The notes beneath the pieces are model-generated. The model did not search any database, had not been told where the DNA came from, and was given only the letters and a program-made list of their open reading frames with translations. DNA of 64,000 nucleotides from Clostridia bacterium. Its GTDB lineage: Bacteria > Bacillota > Clostridia > TANB77 > CAG-465. Location: contig JAVWPP010000001.1 of NCBI GenBank assembly GCA_036635835.1, positions 1,946 through 65,945 of the forward strand, written 5' to 3'. The stretch's first letter is position 1. Each line of letters starts with the position of its first letter. Shown here piece by piece: positions 59,533-64,000 of this stretch. A program made the translations under genes and the position numbers.

Positions 59533-60084
59533 TTATTCTACTATTTTCTTATTTAGACCCATTTTAAATTCATATGGATTTGTTTCAATTATGTCAAGTG
59601 TAAATTCTCTATATCCATAAAACTCATTAAGCTCTGCTGTTGTTTTTGACTTTAATAGTTCTGTTAAAGTTCCATCTTCATCATTTAGAACAAAAGATAA
59701 AGAATATGTGTATACTTTTTTATTTCCTTCGATTTGTGTAGTTACAAATGAATATTCTAAAGTTTTTCTGCATTTATTAACATCTACTAGATACTTTTCA
59801 ACAAAAGTTTTAAACTCATTTACTGATTTAAAAGATTCTTTTTTTGAAGTCTCATCTAACATACTATATGCTTTTTCAAAGTTTTTATCTTCTAAGATCT
59901 TAAAAAAAGTTTTCATTTCATTTTCTACATCTAAACCATAATCATAATTACTTTCTGTAAATTTAGAAGCATAATAATTAGGTTTTTTTTCATTATTTTT
60001 ATTTTCACCTCGTGTAAGCATTATTCCAAGCAATAAAGCCAAAATAATTATTACACATACAATTCTAGTTTTGTTATTTAACAT
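59533..60084 (-). CDS. Bitopic membrane protein, possibly NTF2-like
   Basis: N-terminal TM; FF..LEDKNFEKAYSML helix typical of NTF2-like exported domains; AGGAGG RBS. Confidence 0.6.
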   Translation of the reverse strand: MLNNKTRIVCVIIILALLLGIMLTRGENKNNEKKPNYYASKFTESNYDYGLDVENEMKTFFKILEDKNFEKAYSMLDETSKKESFKSVNEFKTFVEKYLVDVNKCRKTLEYSFVTTQIEGNKKVYTYSLSFVLNDEDGTLTELLKSKTTAELNEFYGYREFTLDIIETNPYEFKMGLNKKIVE

Positions 60085-60108
60085 TTTGTATTACCTCCTA
60101 ACTTATAA

Positions 60109-60594
60109 TTAAATACTCCAATTTTCGTTTAATACTTTAAACAAACTACTTGTTGGCATTAATTTTAAAGTTATTTCGTATAGTTTTTCTGAAGATTTTG
60201 CATCATCTTCAGTGTTTAAAATTTGAATACTGCATCTATATACATCTTTTTTGATTTCATATGCTTTTACAGCTTTAATTCTTACATCTGCTCCTATGTC
60301 TATTTTTGATTTGATTTCACTAAATTTAGCATCATTTTTTTTATTAAGAAGCACGCTCATTGTATTTGCATCATCATTTTTACTATTTATTATTGCTGTA
60401 TAATACTTCACAGCTACTTCTTCTAGCATACCTATTTTAGTATAATCTCTAACTCTATTTTTCTCTGTAGACTTATATACAGATATAAACTTAGGCTCAC
60501 ATATTGAAAAAGCCATACTAAATATTATTATAAGAATCGTACCAATTAGCATAATGTCTATAAATTTTAAGCCTAATACTTTAAATCTTTCCAT
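60109..60594 (-). CDS. Bitopic membrane protein, possibly NTF2-like
   Basis: N-terminal TM; YY.AI...K.DDA..M helix followed by beta strands; GAGGTGG RBS. Confidence 0.6.
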   Translation of the reverse strand: MERFKVLGLKFIDIMLIGTILIIIFSMAFSICEPKFISVYKSTEKNRVRDYTKIGMLEEVAVKYYTAIINSKNDDANTMSVLLNKKNDAKFSEIKSKIDIGADVRIKAVKAYEIKKDVYRCSIQILNTEDDAKSSEKLYEITLKLMPTSSLFKVLNENWSI

Positions 60595-60638
60595 TCTAAC
60601 ACCTCGTTATTACTATTATATATTAAATATATCTTTTA

Positions 60639-61274
60639 TCATATAATAAATAATATATTTCCTAATAAATTTCCTTGCTTTGCAGCAACAGCTTTTAATG
60701 CAATCTTATAATCTATGTCTCCTTCGATTATTATATTAAATATAAATTCATCATTTTTTATTTGCATTTGTGCTATATCTATTTGTACTTTTGATATTTT
60801 ATTTACCTTTTTAAGATTTTTATAAAAAGTAATAAATGTTGCTTCGTTATTTATGCCATAATATTCTTCAATTTTTTGTTTATTTGTTTTATAGAAAGCT
60901 TTTGCATTTTTATTATCTAAGATCAAAAACTGAGATATATAATCTATACTTTTTTCTAATCTTGTAATAATTGATGCTGCTTTTACTCTATCTGTACTTT
61001 TATCTAAAAATTCATTTATACCTTTTATATATATTAACGACCCATTTCCAGTATTATTTCCATAAGTTATTTCTGGATTTTTTTCTGTTTCTTGAATAAC
61101 ATCTTTTCCTTTAGAATAGTCTATTTCCTCTTCTTTTGTAAGCTCTTTGTCTGACTGTATTCCCGAAGAAATATCTAAAACTTCTTTGTTTTTTGATATG
61201 TTTAATACAATAAAAGATATTACTACTAAACTTGCAATTAAACCAATTGCTCTTTTGGCTTGTTTATTTAACAT
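60639..61274 (-). CDS. Bitopic membrane hypothetical protein
   Basis: N-terminal TM, acidic linker; GAGGTG RBS. Confidence 0.65.
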   Translation of the reverse strand: MLNKQAKRAIGLIASLVVISFIVLNISKNKEVLDISSGIQSDKELTKEEEIDYSKGKDVIQETEKNPEITYGNNTGNGSLIYIKGINEFLDKSTDRVKAASIITRLEKSIDYISQFLILDNKNAKAFYKTNKQKIEEYYGINNEATFITFYKNLKKVNKISKVQIDIAQMQIKNDEFIFNIIIEGDIDYKIALKAVAAKQGNLLGNILFII

Positions 61275-61337
61275 ATTTTCACCTCACATTAGTTAATTAC
61301 TACAGAACTTCATCTGTAGTAATTATCTATTGTTTTC

Positions 61338-64000
61338 TTATTTTTTTGCTTGTGCATCTATTGCTTCTAAATTATAATACTTGATCTGATTCATTAGTTC
61401 TGAAGCGTATGTTGGATTTGTTGCATAGCCTCCTCTACGTAATGCTTCAAGCTGTCCTCTTGCAGTTGTTTCACTAAACATTGATGCGTATCTAGAATTT
61501 TCTCTTAAGAATTTTCCGTGATCTTCCATGCTTTCTGCCATTGAACCATACACTCTAAAGTCTGCATTTATCATTACTTGTGAACCATTTATATATTCCA
61601 TAGTAGGATATGACTTAACTGGTCCTTTCCATGCACCACTTGCTTTAATACCAAAGTAATTATTGGATTCTACAGCTATTTTATCTTTTCCCCAACCACT
61701 TTCAAAAGTTGCTTGAGCTATTGTAACAGATGGCAATACACCATATTTTTTATATCCCTCAATTGCTCCAGCTTTTGCTTTTTGTATAAACCTTTGCTGA
61801 GGATTTAAATTAGGGTTATCTAAAATCCAAAAAGCTTTTGTTTCGCTTACTATTACGCTAAAGTCCCAAGCTTTATTGCTGTTTTTCCATGAACCTACTT
61901 TATCATTTGGATCATTCATCTTTATCTTACCATTGTTATCTACTCCAACTAGTAATAAGAAATGATGTCCTCCGCATATAGTACCTGGTCTAACGTTGTC
62001 TACTACAGGTTTACCGTCTTTTAAAGCTTGTAATACTTTATTTGAATCTGTTGTTTCTACAGCAGTAAGTCCTGCTGCTTTTGCAATATTATTTATAAAT
62101 GAATTGTATGAACCTTGACCATTTGCAGCTCCTCCGTGGTTTGTAGACCATACAGCAGACTCATCTGGAGTAACTACTCCATCTCCACTTGTATCTATGC
62201 CTTTCATATTTCCACCAAGTCCTGTAATAGCCATCGCCATTGTAGATGGTGCGCACCCTGCTCCAGAAATTGTATCTCCTGAATATGGTTTGCCGCCCCA
62301 CTTAGAATCATGCTGTGAAAATCTTGGATATTCTCCGCCACCACTTGCGCCTGCAGAAGGTTTTTTAATTGCATCGTCTCTATAGTATCTAATAACTCTG
62401 CACTGCGCTTTGTATGACGCACTAAGTCTATTGAAATCATTATATTTTGGACCTTGTCCATGCCCATGATCTATAATAGTACCAGGGCCTTTTACAGGTT
62501 TTGCAGAACCAATATATAGCATAGTATGTATATTTCTATTTACTATGACATCTCCTGGCCTTACGACATTTGTGTCAATATTTCCATTTGAATCCAACCA
62601 GTTTTCTACTGAATATGCTTTAATATTTCTTAAATCGCTCATTTCATATTGTGGAACTGAATATCCACCTATATATGCTTTATCAAAATATCTATAGTAT
62701 AAGTTAGCAACAAAGCTACTACAGTCTCCTATATTTGGCCTTTTGTCATATTCTATAGGCCTCTGTGTTTGGCTATATTCCATACAAGCAGCTTCTGTCA
62801 TAGATATTGCTTCTTGTATTAAATCGCTAAGTTTCTTATTCCAAGCTTCTGTAAATTCCATGCTATTTATATCTATAGCAACTTTTCTTCCAGTATATCT
62901 TCTTACTTTTTTATATTTGCCACCAAACGTCATCATAAACTCATCGTACAAATAATAATTAAATGGATCTACTGGCACACCATCTTGTCTAACTTCAAAA
63001 TGCGTATGTATTCCTGAAGAATTACCTGTTGTACCCATGAAACCTAGCTTTGTACCTTCTGAAATTTTCATTCCTTTGGTAATATTATTTTCTACATTAT
63101 ATAAATGTGCATATATTGTAATTAAGCCATCTCCGTGATCTATTTTTACATATTTACCGTATCCGCTAGAATATGCACTTCCTTTTTCAAGTCCAACGAC
63201 GGTACCATCTGCAGCTGCGATAACTTCTGGTCCATGATTATTAGTTATTTTACCCTCGTTGCTTATGTCTATTCCTGTGTGATTTGGATATACAGGTACA
63301 TCTTTGAATAAGTAACCTGCTAATGTACATTCTGGCACTGGCCAAGCTAAACTTGCGCCAAACCAAAGCTCTGAATCTAAGCCTTTATCTAGTATTTCTT
63401 TTGCAGCATCTATATGATATTTTTTTATTGTTTCAAATGCTTGGGACAAACTAGTAGAATCAAACTTTATCTTATTATAGCTATAATCTTTATTGTACAT
63501 AAAAGCTTGTATTCTGTTTGTTTTTAAGTTCTCTGGTACTACACCTTCAATAAGAACATATGGCTCTACTTGAGGCTTGTCTTGAGATGCTAAATCTTTC
63601 CACGTTTCTACATCTGTTTGAGAAGCAGAAACACCATTTGGCCCAGGTGTGCCGTTTATTGTAATCTCTCCTGTTGCTAAAGCATATGTGCTTTCGCTTT
63701 TAGATTCTAAAGTAACAGGTGCTGTTATTATTCCTTTAAATGTTTCTGCATATGTTATATATGATGAAACGCCGCCAGGAGAAGTAACAAGAGGACCTTC
63801 TGTTTTAGATGTTGATATTATTTCATATGGTTCTACAACTCTATATGCAGTTCTAGAATGTGTAACTGTTCCTTCGTGTGCTTCATGCCCATTAGGACAT
63901 TTGCCGTTATCTGGAGTACACGTATATGTTTCTGTATATGCCTCTGTTTTTAATGTATGTGTATGTTTAATCTCTTTATTGTACTGAAATAGCTGATACG
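61338..64000 (-). CDS. Large multi-domain cell-wall hydrolase (M23 + NlpC/P60 + C39-like + GH73 glucosaminidase); 5' end lies beyond the window
   Basis: Frame is open from 63998 to 61338 (at least 886 aa). HTGID/HTHFE; DCSSFV...HT; Q.D..W...GCAPS..AM...HF..L...DP; AQATFESGWG..NNYFGIK..YATNP.Y. Confidence 0.9.
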   Translation of the reverse strand, partial: YQLFQYNKEIKHTHTLKTEAYTETYTCTPDNGKCPNGHEAHEGTVTHSRTAYRVVEPYEIISTSKTEGPLVTSPGGVSSYITYAETFKGIITAPVTLESKSESTYALATGEITINGTPGPNGVSASQTDVETWKDLASQDKPQVEPYVLIEGVVPENLKTNRIQAFMYNKDYSYNKIKFDSTSLSQAFETIKKYHIDAAKEILDKGLDSELWFGASLAWPVPECTLAGYLFKDVPVYPNHTGIDISNEGKITNNHGPEVIAAADGTVVGLEKGSAYSSGYGKYVKIDHGDGLITIYAHLYNVENNITKGMKISEGTKLGFMGTTGNSSGIHTHFEVRQDGVPVDPFNYYLYDEFMMTFGGKYKKVRRYTGRKVAIDINSMEFTEAWNKKLSDLIQEAISMTEAACMEYSQTQRPIEYDKRPNIGDCSSFVANLYYRYFDKAYIGGYSVPQYEMSDLRNIKAYSVENWLDSNGNIDTNVVRPGDVIVNRNIHTMLYIGSAKPVKGPGTIIDHGHGQGPKYNDFNRLSASYKAQCRVIRYYRDDAIKKPSAGASGGGEYPRFSQHDSKWGGKPYSGDTISGAGCAPSTMAMAITGLGGNMKGIDTSGDGVVTPDESAVWSTNHGGAANGQGSYNSFINNIAKAAGLTAVETTDSNKVLQALKDGKPVVDNVRPGTICGGHHFLLLVGVDNNGKIKMNDPNDKVGSWKNSNKAWDFSVIVSETKAFWILDNPNLNPQQRFIQKAKAGAIEGYKKYGVLPSVTIAQATFESGWGKDKIAVESNNYFGIKASGAWKGPVKSYPTMEYINGSQVMINADFRVYGSMAESMEDHGKFLRENSRYASMFSETTARGQLEALRRGGYATNPTYASELMNQIKYYNLEAIDAQAKK

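Noticed and set aside
62204..62467. Same-strand nested 87-aa ORF within the hydrolase
   Set aside because: Alternative frame of a continuous multi-domain CDS; no RBS or motifs.

Overview
Very AT-rich chromosomal window from a spore-forming, apparently streamlined Firmicute, most like Clostridia (inferred from gene families and order). Nearly all genes are on the minus strand. (1) 1-11.5 kb: a non-canonical Tad/Flp-like locus, cut by the left edge, with a SAF/CpaB-like protein, two degenerate MinD/ParA-like proteins, a membrane-anchored CpaF/VirB11-type ATPase, a double-length TadB/C-like platform protein, and at least six pilin-like proteins with no prepilin leader. (2) 11.6-54.6 kb: housekeeping and sporulation genes (dacF, ytfJ/ytfI, scpA, punA, recX/recA, SNF2 helicase, prs, tRNA-Thr, lemA, mreBCD-mrdA, radC, a reduced dcw cluster, M23 paralogs, pcrA, idi, sleB-ypeB, bofA, obgE, trpS, rplU-rpmA, pth). 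Several usual neighbours are missing locally (scpB, maf, minCDE, mraZ, murF, murD, ftsZ, prp). (3) 54.8-64 kb: a conjugation-like module with a VirD4/TraD-like coupling ATPase, a replication-relaxation-like protein, an S1-domain protein, three bitopic membrane proteins and a four-domain cell-wall hydrolase cut by the right edge; no integrase is visible. The most striking observation is that mraY is broken by a +1 frameshift whose window contains the only in-frame CGG codon I found by hand in any credible CDS, which suggests recoding at an otherwise unused codon. All product calls come from motif recognition by eye; no database search was run.
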